64,000 nt of DNA. Source: Eledone cirrhosa. Lineage: Eukaryota. Shown here one piece after another: positions 38,518 to 51,504 of this stretch. The notes beneath the pieces were generated by a model that saw only the letters and a program-made list of their open reading frames with translations, did no database searches and had not been told where the DNA came from. How positions within the stretch are numbered: position 1 is the stretch's first letter; every line of letters begins with the position of its first letter. Both the position numbers and the translations under genes were made by a program. The DNA lies in contig OZ024740.1 in the NCBI GenBank assembly GCA_964016885.1, positions 339,822,001 through 339,886,000 on the forward strand, given 5' to 3'.

Positions 38518-39907
38518 GTAGAGGATTTTTTTCTTATTTGTTTTTTGTTGGATTCTCTCTTTTAGATTAGACATGTTATACCTTTCACTTGCAATGACTT
38601 CATGTTTTCCTAGCAAACCCAAACTGCAATTAACCCTTTCCACACTACCTCTCAAGATATGGTTCCCTATTTACCTGCAACACTGAAAAACCACAAATGT
38701 GCATGACCCTCATATAGAAGTACATATGAACATCAATATATTGTAGGAGACATAACGTCAAATTTTCTGAAGGTTGAAGATACTCTGGAAAACATTGATA
38801 GCACAGCTTGTTTGAATGTTCTCCCCTTCATTTGATGATACAACTTCTTGTGGAATAGGTTGCTTTACATCTTTGTTTAATATTTTAAAAAAACTATTCT
38901 TTGACTGAATATGTTCAAATACATACTATATCACAGTCAAAATCTCAATATAACATGAATGATATCAGGAAATTTCAGTAAGTCAACACCAGTATATTAA
39001 ACCAATATATAAAGTTAGATACATTTTACTAGACTCTTAAAAATCTTTACTATATTAAGAATAAATTTAAATATATAAGCAGACTATTCATTAGAAATAG
39101 TCATTGACGAGTTAAGGATGCTTAGGGGGAATAAATAGAAAGTGTTTGTTTATCAGAAATAGGTTGCAAGATAATCTAATGATTGAGCCTTCTATGATGA
39201 TACTGCTAATAGCAATATGATTTTTCTATTAAAAAATGTTTCACCAATTATCTATAATATATCTAAAAGATCTTCAAATCATTGTAGATTATCTAAAAAT
39301 GCATCTGTTTTAGATTGTTGTGGCTTATTTTGTTCTTTTTTTTACTGTTTAGTCACAAAGGGTAGGGCAATACTTATAACCCATTTCAAAACCTCAGAGT
39401 CTGGTGGGCTAAAGGAAGAAATATATCATTAAACTAAACATCTGGCCCAAATGCTTACAGCAGAATCCGCTTTCCTAAAGGCATCCAAAGACCAGGTGAT
39501 AGTGTTAAACTGGGTGATGGATTATGTCTACCACACAAGTAAGGCAAGCAGAATTTGAGCTCAGAATGCAAAGAGCCAGAATAATACCACAACACACTTC
39601 ATTTAAATTTCTAACAATTTCACAAATCTCACATCCTAGACTGGTACTTTGTTATGGTTCATAAATCGCATCCAGATGGCTATGTCCTAATATTGGTTGG
39701 AAGTCTTCTTGTATCAAGATATATGTTAGTTCTTATGTTTGTATATGCCATACACAATAGTTTTGAATCATAAAAACCATGACCATTGGTTTATACCTAT
39801 ATGATATACATCTAAACAATGTGTGTATGAGGATAAGATAGCTTAACCCACACACATTACATACCAATATATAATCTATATGTGAGTGTGTATGTCTGTG
39901 TATATGT

Positions 39908-39942
<35 letters not shown>

Positions 39943-40108
39943 GTTGTGTGTGTGTGTTCACAAGTGACCTGCTCATTTAGACATTTGCATGAATTGGTGG
40001 AGCAAATATTTTATAGTTGGACAACCTAACTCTAACCTCTCAACTGTAAAGTGGTTGTGTGCATCTACAAATCTACATATATGGTGTGATTGTGGGTGAG
40101 TGAGTGAG

Positions 40109-40201
<93 letters not shown>

Positions 40202-41136
40202 ATGTTCAAGTGATTGTGTGTGTGTGTGTGTGTGTGTGGATGTTCAAGTGATTGTATGTGTGTGTATGTGTCTCCTTCATATGACCAGTATATGAACAGC
40301 TGAACTGGTCAATAATACAGCATGACCAAAATGTTAGTGAAGCAGAAAATGTTGGTCTTGAAAAGATCACTAACTATATCATGATAGTTGGTTGCTATGA
40401 CAACTGGAATTATTTCATTTCAAAGACTTCCAGAAACTTCCAACCTGCAATGAAGAGATAATTTAGATTTTATTTTAGAATTTCTTTGTGTTTTGTTTTT
40501 TTATTATTGTTTTTCTTTGTCATGAAACTCAATATAATCTCATTTTTTTAAAATATACTTCTTTCATATTTTTAACTTTCCAATTCATTGCTCTTGACAA
40601 CTTCAGAAATAGAAGATTCAGGTTCAATACCAGCTTGATTCTCTGTGTATACATGTGTCTATTCACTCTTAACACCCTGTAATGATTTAGTGGAAAATAT
40701 CTAAAAATGGATTTGTTAATTCAAATCTTACCAAGGTCAACTTTGCCTTTTGTCCTTTTGGGATTGATTAACAGTCAAAATAGCGAACTAGCAGAATCGT
40801 TAGAGCATCAGACAAGATGCCTTGCAGTATTTCTTTTGGCTCTTTGCATTTTCAGTTTAAATTCAGCCACAGCCTTTATTGGCTTAACCTGTCACTCATT
40901 TTAATACCCCACATGACTTTGGATGCCTTTAACAGAGTCTACTCTGTTGCAAGCATTCAAGCCAAGTTGTCTAATTTGAAGATATTTTCCTCTCTCTCTC
41001 AAGCTTAAATACCCTAAAAAAGATAATGGATACTGAGCTTCCATCCCTCATTAAACAGCAAAAGAAAGAAACTGATATTCTTCCTTACTACATAAAATGA
41101 ATGTCCCTAACTCCATTATTATTGTATATTCTATAG

Positions 41137-41274
41137 TTTACCAACAACCATGCAGTCAACCAGACAAAGCTGGCTGTTCCCACCTGTGTATGCCAAGAGA
41201 AGGGGGCAGATATCAGTGTGTTTGTCCAACATTTGGAGGTTTAGCCCTTTCTAAAGATAAAAAGACATGTAAAG
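41137..41274 (+). CDS. LRP-like gene, exon c (EGF-like domain)
   Basis: ttctatag / gtaagt; PCSQPDKAGCSHLCMPREGGRYQCVCPTFGGLALSKDKKTCK has six Cys in LRP-type spacing; phase 1 to 1. Confidence 0.95.
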
Positions 41275-41604
41275 GTAAGTCATCTGAAGTCATAATACTG
41301 TAGGTATTGCCTTTTATTTGTGTAGATGAATGTATGCATGTGTACAAATATGGCTATGTGTATGAGTGGAAATAGCCAGGCTAAATGTTAAAAAATTCAC
41401 AATTCTAAAGTTCTGAGTTTGGTCACACTGTGTGTCACATCTTAACCAAGTATCATTTACTAAAGCCTCATGTCAACCCATGCATTGGGAGTAAAATTGG
41501 GTATATGGGAACTGCTTCAAAGCATGTCACATAGACTGTACCTCTAATTCAACAAGTCAGCATTGTGACATTATGTCACACTGAATCTCGCTGGAAATTG
41601 GAAA

Positions 41605-41826
41605 TCTAAACTATAATAAAGTAAGGAGTGCGGGACTGCATATGGTTTATAATTGTTAGTAAAATAAGTTGGATTACTTTAAATAAATAATGAATGAATA
41701 TTACATAATTTATCTACTAATTTTCGTAACTGTTGATTAAATATATTTTATTGTTTATTTAAAGATTCACTTCTTTAAAATGTTCAAATGTCAACACTTC
41801 TGGTTAGCGATCGCTTAAATAAACAT
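41605..41826 (+). mobile_element. 5' part of a non-autonomous Helitron (same family as 62513-62990)
   Basis: Starts A|TCTAAACTATAATAAAGTAAGGAG and is colinear with the reverse complement of 62760-62990. Confidence 0.75.
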
Positions 41827-41887
41827 TGCTGAGACCGGGGAGACCACTAATCATGGGAGTACTCAATGCATGGGGAGATGCAGAGTG

Positions 41888-41925
<38 letters not shown>

Positions 41926-42091
41926 GCGTGTATGTGTCTGTGTGGGTCTACACTCACAATCACACACACAAAAAATATACAGACAACTCACACATGTTCA
42001 CAAACACACACACATCATACAGATACAAATATGCACCCACTCCTCACTTCATAACACACCACACAATACAAAAGTCACTCCACACACTCAC

Positions 42092-42155
<64 letters not shown>

Positions 42156-42474
42156 GTATATATATATGATGTTGTTCAGTAAAATATGAATAACTGAGGA
42201 AGCCATTAAAAGCTTAAGCTGAAATTCTAAGTCATTAAATGTTGTTTTCACCCAAATTTTTCCCCCCCAAGTCAAATTTTTTTTAGATTCACTTAAAGAA
42301 TTTACACTGTTTCTAGTAAATGTTTCAGTAATCTGTCATCTAGGTTTAATGATGCGAGTAGCTTTTCTTTGCTTCCTTCCCCTGTTTCATCTCCTTCTTC
42401 CCTCCTTTCCAAGATGGAGCTAATCTTTCTTGCCTAGTAATTATACTCTTAATATTTATAACTAGATATATCGA

Positions 42475-42549
<75 letters not shown>

Positions 42550-42561
42550 GTGTATATATAT

Positions 42562-42626
<65 letters not shown>

Positions 42627-43489
42627 TGGCTGCCAACTCGTTTTCGAGTACGGCCACTACTTTATATCCATGTAGGAGAACCCCTACCGATGCGCTGAAC
42701 GAGTGTGACTTTTTAGTCCAGCCAGTGACTTCAAAACTCTGGTACAAACACCACACTTGTGACAATTACTGACACATTGTGCTGGGCCCATGGTACCATG
42801 TGACGACAAGTGCAGAGAGATCTCCAGATATAAAGCAATGCCTGTGCCGTGAAGCTTTTATAGTGAGCAAAGGCACTGCACAAAGCCAGTCCCACTCTCT
42901 TAACCAAGATGATATTTACCAAAAAGAAGAATAATCAACATCATTGGATACCATCAGGGTTGCAGGTGTTATATCAGAGTTTTCCTTCTCCTAGAATTCT
43001 GCCTTGACAAAGGCTAAGGGGTCATCTCTCCCGGTGATTTTAGATGGCCATTGACTCTTAAGAGCTCCTTTGCCCTTTGACAGGTTTTGTTTTTAGTCCT
43101 GCAGGATGTCCAAAGTCACCCTCCTCACCAAGAAACCTTGGTGGGGTTGTCAGTTTAGTCGCCAACGACCCGACCATGAGACAGGTTGTACTGGGATACA
43201 TGTTACCAGTAGCACCAACTGGTGACCTGACATATATATACATACACACACACATATGAATCTGTATGCGTATATATGTGTGTGTTTGTGTATATATGTA
43301 CATATATACACACACACACACACATGAATCTGTATACATATATATATATATATAATTGGAGTGTCTGCAGTGCAAATACCAGGAAGACCACAAATTAGAG
43401 TAGTACTCAATGCATGGCGAGATGCAAAGTCAATATATTAATGAGGTAGAGGTTTGACCCTGAGTTTGAGTGGTTTGGATAGGTTACAA

Positions 43490-43800
43490 GGTTATATGAG
43501 AGAGAGAGATGTAAAAAGTAAACAGAAATAACAACACAGTACAACAAAGAAATATATTAGTTTAATGTTTGAAATAGTAGGAAAAGTCTCAATGTTTTGG
43601 ACATAGTTCTTCATCAGAAGATAGAATGAGAAATAAAAGATAGAGAGTGAGAAGAGGAAGAAATGGGAAAATAGGACAAATAACACACGTGTATTCAGTC
43701 AGCCATATGCATATAGTAATAATAATAAATGTGAAGACTAAAATCCAAACAGGGCTCGATAAGGATAATATCGAATATTTAAGAACCCTAGAGCAAATAT
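43490..43800 (-). mobile_element. Penelope-type terminal repeat remnant with a decayed hammerhead (43587-43621)
   Basis: Minus strand CTGATGAAGAACTATGTCCAAAACATTGAGA and downstream TGTGTTGTTATTTCTGTTTAC match 51335-51450. Confidence 0.55.
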
Positions 43801-44367
43801 TTATTAAAATAACAGATTAAAGTTTAAGCAAAGAATCACTGCTTTCACCCTTAACAGGATCTTCTGAAACACTGTGTATTGCAAAATGAGGGCAATGTGG
43901 AAAAAAACACATATAAAACTTAGACATATGAAAAATAATGCTCAGCACTTCAGTTACCAACTATAGGTTACATAACAACTTGGTTTTGATACATACAGTG
44001 GGACCAGAACTACAACTGTATCGGTAGAGTATAAGGCATTTCTTCACCCATCAGTTATTGTCCATGTGCATCACATGTGCATACCAATGCAGTCTTCTCT
44101 CCTGCACAGAATCTAAGATTCCCCTTAAGCCCAGCTTCTCTCTCAGCTCATCCAAGTTCTGCCTTCTCTCACATTTACATTGCACATCCAGTGAAACATA
44201 TTAGCTTCATTTCTCGCCAGTCTATGCATGTCCTCTGCGGTCACAGCCCATATTTCACTACCATGCAGCATTGTGCACCGCACACAGGTATCATACAGCC
44301 TTCCTTTTGTATGTAGGGAGAAACCTTTTGTTGTCAGCAGAGAGAGCAGCTATTTAAACTATATATA

Positions 44368-45660
44368 CAGGGTGTGGACGATATTTGTTTGCAAGATTAC
44401 TGTCTAGGAAAGAATAACACAGTAGTTTTATTTTTTAAAGATATATTTATCAAACTTGGGTCAGTTTGTCTTCATGACTTGTTCTTTCGATCTCACTCGA
44501 TAAACCCACCAATGGCTTTGATGACGGCCTCGAGGCAGCCTCGGAACCGGCTACAGGCCTTCATCACTGTCCCCCGACTTAGGCCCCTAAAGGCACTTGT
44601 GATCCTGGCCTTCAGATCATCTTTCGTATTGCAGCTAGATCTGTTGGTGTCTCGTTTCACTGCGCACCACACAAAGAAGTCGAGGGAGTTGTAGTCAGGC
44701 GAGCTGGGAGGCCAGATGTCAGGTGAAGTGTGGTCAACGAAGTTCTCTGACAGCCAGGCTTGGGTCTTTCAGCTGGTATGGCAGGGCGCTGAGTCTTGCT
44801 GCCACAAGTACGGCCTACCTGCAGCTATCTGGTTGATCCCAGGCTTTACTACTTCGCTCAGAACGCGGATGTAGCCATCGATGTTCAGCTTGAGGCCCTC
44901 AAGGAAGAAGTGAGGTGGTACGACGTCATTTTGACTGCTGACGACACCTAAGACCAATGTTGTCGCTGGAAACTTTGTCTGCATGACTCTGGTCACGTCT
45001 TTGGATGAGACAGCAAGCCACCTGTTGTTCCGGGAGTTGATCTTCTGGTCTTGGCAGAAGTTTGGCAGCAGCATGTCTGGCTCCAGTGGGTATTTCAACT
45101 TGTTGATCAGCTTCTTTGTGCGCTTCAGTTGCTTTTCTTGCATCGCCTTTGACAGAAATTGTCCTTTCCTCATCTTGTATGAAACGTAGCGAATGTCTTC
45201 ATGTACCACCAGCCTAATGAGCTTTTCATCCACGCCTTTCTCCCTTGCAATGGCATGCATCGACTTGCTAGGTTCGTTGTTGATGATATCCTGAACTTCA
45301 GCGACGAACTCGGGCGTTCTGAAGGCGTCAGATCGTCGATCATGTGTTTTCCTCTCTGATGTTGCTTCATAGTCGAATCCTGAATCTTCCAATTCCTTTC
45401 TGACCTTTTCCACCATTCTCCTGCTGACGCTGAGAAAGTCTGAAATTTCCTTATTTGTCCTCCCGGCGCGGATTCCAAGAAGAACTCTGTGTCTCTTCCA
45501 CAAATTTGGAGGTTCAAAATTATTCATAATCAATTATTCTGAAAATAAATAATGAAAATATAGTCACTGTTTTTATGAAGACAAGAGTGACAACGGAAGT
45601 AAAAAAAATTTGCATAAAATTAGCAGTTGAAAATTGTGAACAAATATCGTCCACACCCTG
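44368..45660 (-). mobile_element. DD37D (maT-type) Tc1/mariner-superfamily transposon with both ends, inactive
   Basis: 22-bp perfect TIR CAGGGTGTGGACGATATTTGTT and TA TSD; QQD-(37 aa)-D through WPPSSPDYNSLD; TGA at 44769; the first catalytic D motif appears deleted; inserted next to an old RTE fragment (44060-44360). Confidence 0.93.
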
Positions 45661-45879
45661 TATATAAAGAAGTGTGCCAAGCAACCGAAGTACTCGATAA
45701 AGTTATGTCTGTGTACATACAGAGGTGGGTAACTGAGACTGTGACAATGTGTATGTAAATATGCACATTTTAATATATAAACATCTAATCATACCAGAAA
45801 TACAAATTTCCTCGTAAATTGAAAAAATTATAAACTTCTTTAATTGATTTTCGGACCTAGTTGGGTCTTCACCAGGCAT

Positions 45880-46530
45880 CATCCCCTACTACTATTATAC
45901 AACCAACCTACATCACCTACACCACACCCCCACCACTATACAACCATCCTCCACTACACTATTACCATCACTACAAGACAACTACCCTTCATTTACACCA
46001 CCATCACGGCAATGTTTTATTTTTTCACCACACTACTATCATCATTTCTACACAATCAACCTCCACTACACCACCACCACTTCTACACAACTATCCTCCA
46101 CTACACCACCACCACTTCTACATAACTATCTTCCACTACACCACCACCACTACCACTTCTACACAACTATTCCCCACTACACCACCACCACTACTTCTGC
46201 ACAATCAACCTCCACTACATGACCACCTTCACTTCTACACAACTATCCCTGCTACACCACCCCCACTTCTACACTACGCCACCACCACCACTTCTACATA
46301 ACTATCCTTCACTACACCACCACTTCTGCACAATCAACCTCCACTACACCACCACCACTTCTGCACAATCAACCTCCACTACACCACCACTACAACACAA
46401 GCATCCTCAGCTGCACAACTACCACTACTACAACACAAGCATCCTCTGTTGCACAACTACCACCACTGCAACACAATAGCCCATCACCAACATCACTTCT
46501 ACAGTCATCCTACACTACACTATCACCTTA
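45880..46530. repeat. Degenerate C/A-rich minisatellite (CCACTACACCACCACCACTTCTACACAACTAT-like)
   Basis: Direct inspection. Confidence 0.85.
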
Positions 46531-47165
46531 TATATGGAAAGTAAAAGAGATGCTCCATACAAATACAAAAATTACAGAATGAATTATTTTCAAATCATAA
46601 AATATGATTGTCTATTTTAATTGTGATAGTTTATTTACAATGGTAAAGTTTGTATCAATAGAATTAATTTGTTTCTATTTTACTTCATCCTCATTTTGTA
46701 TCTCCTTATCAATTTACTTGTCTGTCCCCAATAAAAAAAATTGGTAATTAAGATTTTATATTATTGTTCCTCTTGAATTATATGAGAATTTCATAAACTG
46801 ATGTCTTTTTACTTTTTCCTTAACCAACATTACAGCTTATATCTTTCATAAAGTATTAATTGAAACTCTTACAATAAAATTAATGTGAACTGCATTCACA
46901 TTAATCTTTTTTTTTGTGTGTATTTGGTTTTTCATTTTGTTTTGTTTTTTTAATTTGTTTTGTTGAATATCACCTATATTTTTATATATTTTTTCTAATC
47001 TCATCTAATAATCTATTTTTGTTTATTTACATCAAATTGATGAACTCCAAGTAATAGATTTATGGAAAAAATATTAAATTATAAATAAATGATAAACAGT
47101 TTGATTAGCCCACTGCCAAACTATATCTAATTGGTTTTTAGTAGCGTGTATATATATATATATAT

Positions 47166-47287
47166 AAAGCCAGAATCAGTTCCCGTATGAGCAAGACAAG
47201 GTCAGCCGACCGGACACTGCTCACAACAGGACAACCCGTCTAACCCATGCTAGCGTGGAAGAACGGACGTAAAACAGTGATGATGAT
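47166..47287 (+). mobile_element. RTE subfamily B terminal 120 bp
   Basis: Reverse complement of 48783-48902; ends in (ATG)n. Confidence 0.85.
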
Positions 47288-47336
47288 ATGCATACATATA
47301 TGTGTGTGTGTGTGTGTACGTACATATGTATGTATG

Positions 47337-47392
<56 letters not shown>

Positions 47393-48229
47393 ATATATTT
47401 ATGTTGATGCATATCAGAAGTGTATATTCATCCATCAGAAATTGATGAGGACCATGACTTGAACTCTGTGATTGATTGGGTTTTATTTGTCTATAGGTGG
47501 CTGATGTGTTCAATTCTGGTGCAGAAATAACTTCCATATGTAGGAAGTGTGATCAATAGCATTATTTGAGGTGCCAACTGACCAGGCTTTGTAGAGCTCA
47601 TGTTTATTTTCCACTGCCTTAATGCACATTTCACACAAGTTTTGACACTTTTGCAGATGAGGTCGCATGATAGGGATTTGTTCTGAGCAAGCTATTCTCA
47701 GAATTCAACATCAATAGTCATGGCTTTAAATCTTACTTTTACTTTCAATTTATCTTTATAATGCTTTTTATGGCTGTTAGCTATTTTTTGTCTGTAACAA
47801 GCTCACTAGAATGACTAGAAGACCAAACCCAGACAAAACAAAATAGTTTGTAGTATTTAGTTACCTTCCTTTATGTTCTGAGTTGAAAGCCATCCAGGCT
47901 TGATTTTGCATTCCATATCACCCAGAGTTGGTCAAATGAAGTTAGTTTGGCAGATGGCTGATTTAATCAACTATACCTCAGCAAATTATAGATCAGTGCT
48001 TTTCAAACTTATTTTGTCACAGAAATCTAATACAATTTTCCAAAAATTGCAGATACCTTGCCTATATTTTACAGATAATTCCAAACACCCTAATGAGAGA
48101 TGAAACAAAAATTATTTTAGAGAGGGAATTTATTTAAATAAAATAACATAAATTTTTATTAGATTTTATCAAAAAACAACTTTTCTTGTGGAAACCTGGA
48201 ATAATTTTACAGAAATCCATATTTTTTAT

Positions 48230-48640
48230 AAGTGCATACCTACAGAATCTGGATAAAATCAAAAGAAGAATCAACATTATTGGTCTCAACTTATGTCAGC
48301 TTCAATCACTATCACACCATCGAAATATTGCCTTTCTGTGCTTTTCTATAAATTTTTTCATGAAAATTATTCTTAAGAGCTTTCATCTTTTTTGCCTGAT
48401 CTTCATGAGTTTAAACATAAGTACCAGACATGTGGCTAGTTCTCATCCCTTTGCAATTAAAGTTTCTAAATATTATTGTAGATTCTGCTCTGATAGTTTC
48501 TAGGCTCACGCATCTTTCCTATAGAATTATCTTCTGGCTTCTTGCTTTCCTGACTTCTGCAATTTGCAAAACTTCAAAAGCAACATCAATCATCATTTTC
48601 TCTCCTTGAATTATGTTCTCTTTGTCTTGTCCTTTTCCAT
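48230..48640 (+). mobile_element. Old CR1/L2-group LINE 3' remnant
   Basis: LDKIKRR..IIG..LQSLSHHRNIAFL resembles the L.HRRNVA.L C-terminal motif. Confidence 0.5.
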
Positions 48641-48782
48641 TCTTGATAACCCCAAGCATTTTAGAGGGTTTGTTATCTTGCTTGGAGTGAAAAGAAAGAG
48701 CCACTTTGGAAAAGCTAGCTTAGATTTCATCATACATACTGATGAGAAGTGTAGGTGAGTAAATGTATAGTATTATATATGT

Positions 48783-49370
48783 CATCATCACCGTTTTACA
48801 TCCGTTCTTCCACACTAGCATGGGTTAGATGGGTTGTCCTGTTGTGGGCAGTAGCTGGTTGGCTGACCATGCCTTGCTCATATGGGAACTGATTCTGGCT
48901 TGATTTCTACAGCTGGATGCCCTTCCTAACACAAACCTCATTTACAGTGAGTGATGGGTGCTTTTTTTTCCATGGCGCCTACACGTCCACTTTACAGTGT
49001 GGGCTGGGTGCTTTTCGCCGTGGCACCTCCACGACCACTTTGAAGTGGGAGGGTGTGGGGGCATATTGTCTATAAGCTTCAGCTTCGGCTTGTACCCGTG
49101 GGGGGTTGGGACTTCTGTATTACTGCGTGACGCCAGAGGTCTCGGTCATGTGTCATCGCCTTTGAGAGGTGTAATTGGGTAAGGTCTGCTTTTATCACCT
49201 CATCCCAGGTCTTCTTGGGTCTCCCCACTCCGCGGTTTCCATCGACTTTTAGTGCTCTGCACCTTTTTATGCAGCTGTCATCCTTCATACACATCACATG
49301 TCCATACCAACACAACCGCCTCTCCTGCACGCAGCCTTTGATTCCTCTTATGCTCAGTCTCTCTCTCAAT
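48783..49370 (-). mobile_element. RTE subfamily B 3' fragment
   Basis: ORF 49079-49369 ERRLCWYGHV..GRPKKTWDEVI; near-identical to 30260-30845. Confidence 0.92.
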
Positions 49371-50609
49371 TAAAATAAATCACAAAAGATTACTCAGAGA
49401 TGCAATCTGAATGAAAGACAATATCTAAGTTGGTTTTCACATATTTAATGTGTCTACCATTAAAAATATAATTGATTAAACTACCAACATAGCATTCTAC
49501 AACTTTTGGATCAGTATTTTCATGTTATCACCGTCATCATCCTTGTCATCTTCATTTAATATCCATTTTCTCTGCTAGTAAAAGATTCCATATTCATTAT
49601 TTATGGAATTCTGAACTTGATTATATTCATATCTCTCCTCACCTAAATTTAAAGATATAAGGGTGTTATCAGGGTTATCATCACCTGGAACAGAAGGCGA
49701 ACATTGATAAACGGCTGTCTTTGGTCCTTCTTTCTTCATATATGATATGTTTAAGCCATGTTGATCAAATTTCAGAATTTCCCTAGAAACATTATTATTT
49801 TTCTCAGCTTGATCAGATTAGTATTCAACCATGTGAATAAATGTAATTTAGTATATGACGTTATATTCTTCAGAGTCTGTTAATGTCCATTTTTAGAACA
49901 GGCAGAATCTTTAAACAAATTCTAAGTTTCACTGCTGCTGCTATCAAGCAATATACATGATCAAAGTGATCTGAAGTTTATGAGAAATTCTGCACTTTAT
50001 AAAAGGCCCCACTCTAGGGAAACAAGTGAGCAATATGTGTATCGTAACAAGTCTTTTTCTTATAAATGCTACTATAGGAATTCTCCCATCTTAGAAATAA
50101 TCTCTGATTTCAATGATTATTTTCTTAGCTTTATCTCCTCCTCCTTCTAATGTTCCTATTGTCATTCATACTAATACACGGGGCGATTTCCTCTCATCTT
50201 ACCTGTGTTCATGATACACCTCTTTTGTATGCTTATCAATTTTATTATCTATATATTTCCTTCGTGTAATGCTATACTAACATACAACCACCATAAGTAG
50301 TAATACATTTTAATTGTTGATGACTAACCATTTAGTATTTTCATTGGGAATTATACTGTTTATTCAATTACTGATTCTAAAAATCACATTTATGAATGTC
50401 ACTATATATCTACATCTTAGGTTTTCCTATGACATTAACATATTGCTTTATTTTCATTGACAAGTGATGGATTATTTTGCCCATTTTTTTTTATATCAGC
50501 ATCACAATCTATTCTCAGAATTTGTTCATATAAAACACAAAATACTATATATATATATATATACACACACACGTATATTTGTGTATGTGTGAGTGTATAG
50601 TCATACACA

Positions 50610-50659
<50 letters not shown>

Positions 50660-50879
50660 TGTGTATGACTATACATATATATATATATCATTACCACCAC
50701 CACCATCATCATCATCATCATTTAATGTCACTTTCCATGCTTTCATGGGTTAGATTGGCTGTCACATTATGAGGCTTGACTGATCAGGTGACTATGCCTT
50801 GCTCAGCGTATATATATCAAATGTGCTAAGTGAATATGCTTTGCTGAGAAGATCTAATAGGATTGAGACATACCCATTG

Positions 50880-51455
50880 CTTTCACTAAACTGGCTTCTG
50901 AACAAGGTCCACTCCGATAGCACTGTCTTACATTTCAAAAGACTTGAATTGGCCAAGACTATAGGAGTTCTCTCCCACCAACCGGAAAACTCTAAAGGGA
51001 GTTTCAGTCATGTAATTGGAAGAATAATCTCAGCTGGTTGAAGTTTCTTCACATATTCAGATAATTATTATATATACATTTTATGCAGACTGGTCCCTTT
51101 GGGTATTTTCACCTGACACTTAACACACACACATATACACACATTTACTCAGACATGAAAATTACCAAAGTATTGAAACACTTGTATAAATGTATGGTAA
51201 TTTTTACTTAATAAATTATATATATATAGTTTTCCAAGAGATGGCAACATGAATGGACCTGTTATTTTTCTCTAAAAACATTTTTTCCAATTCCACCCCG
51301 CCCGTCCCTTCAATCTTTCTAATTTCTCATTCTTTCTTCTGATGAAGGACTAACATCTGAAACGTTAAGACCCTCTTCCTGCTATTTCAAGCGTTAATAT
51401 ATTCCTTCCATATACTGTACCGATTGTGTTGTTATTTCTGTTTACCTTTTACATA
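50880..51455 (+). mobile_element. Penelope-type remnant with a minimal hammerhead motif (51335-51370)
   Basis: TCTT-CTGATGA-AGGACTAACATCT-GAAAC-GTT-AAGA; stem II decayed; inverted homologue at 43.5 kb. Confidence 0.55.
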
Positions 51456-51456
51456 C

Positions 51457-51504
<48 letters not shown>

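Noticed and set aside
48735-48765. CTGATGAG motif
   Set aside because: No stem II or GAAA follows, so not a hammerhead
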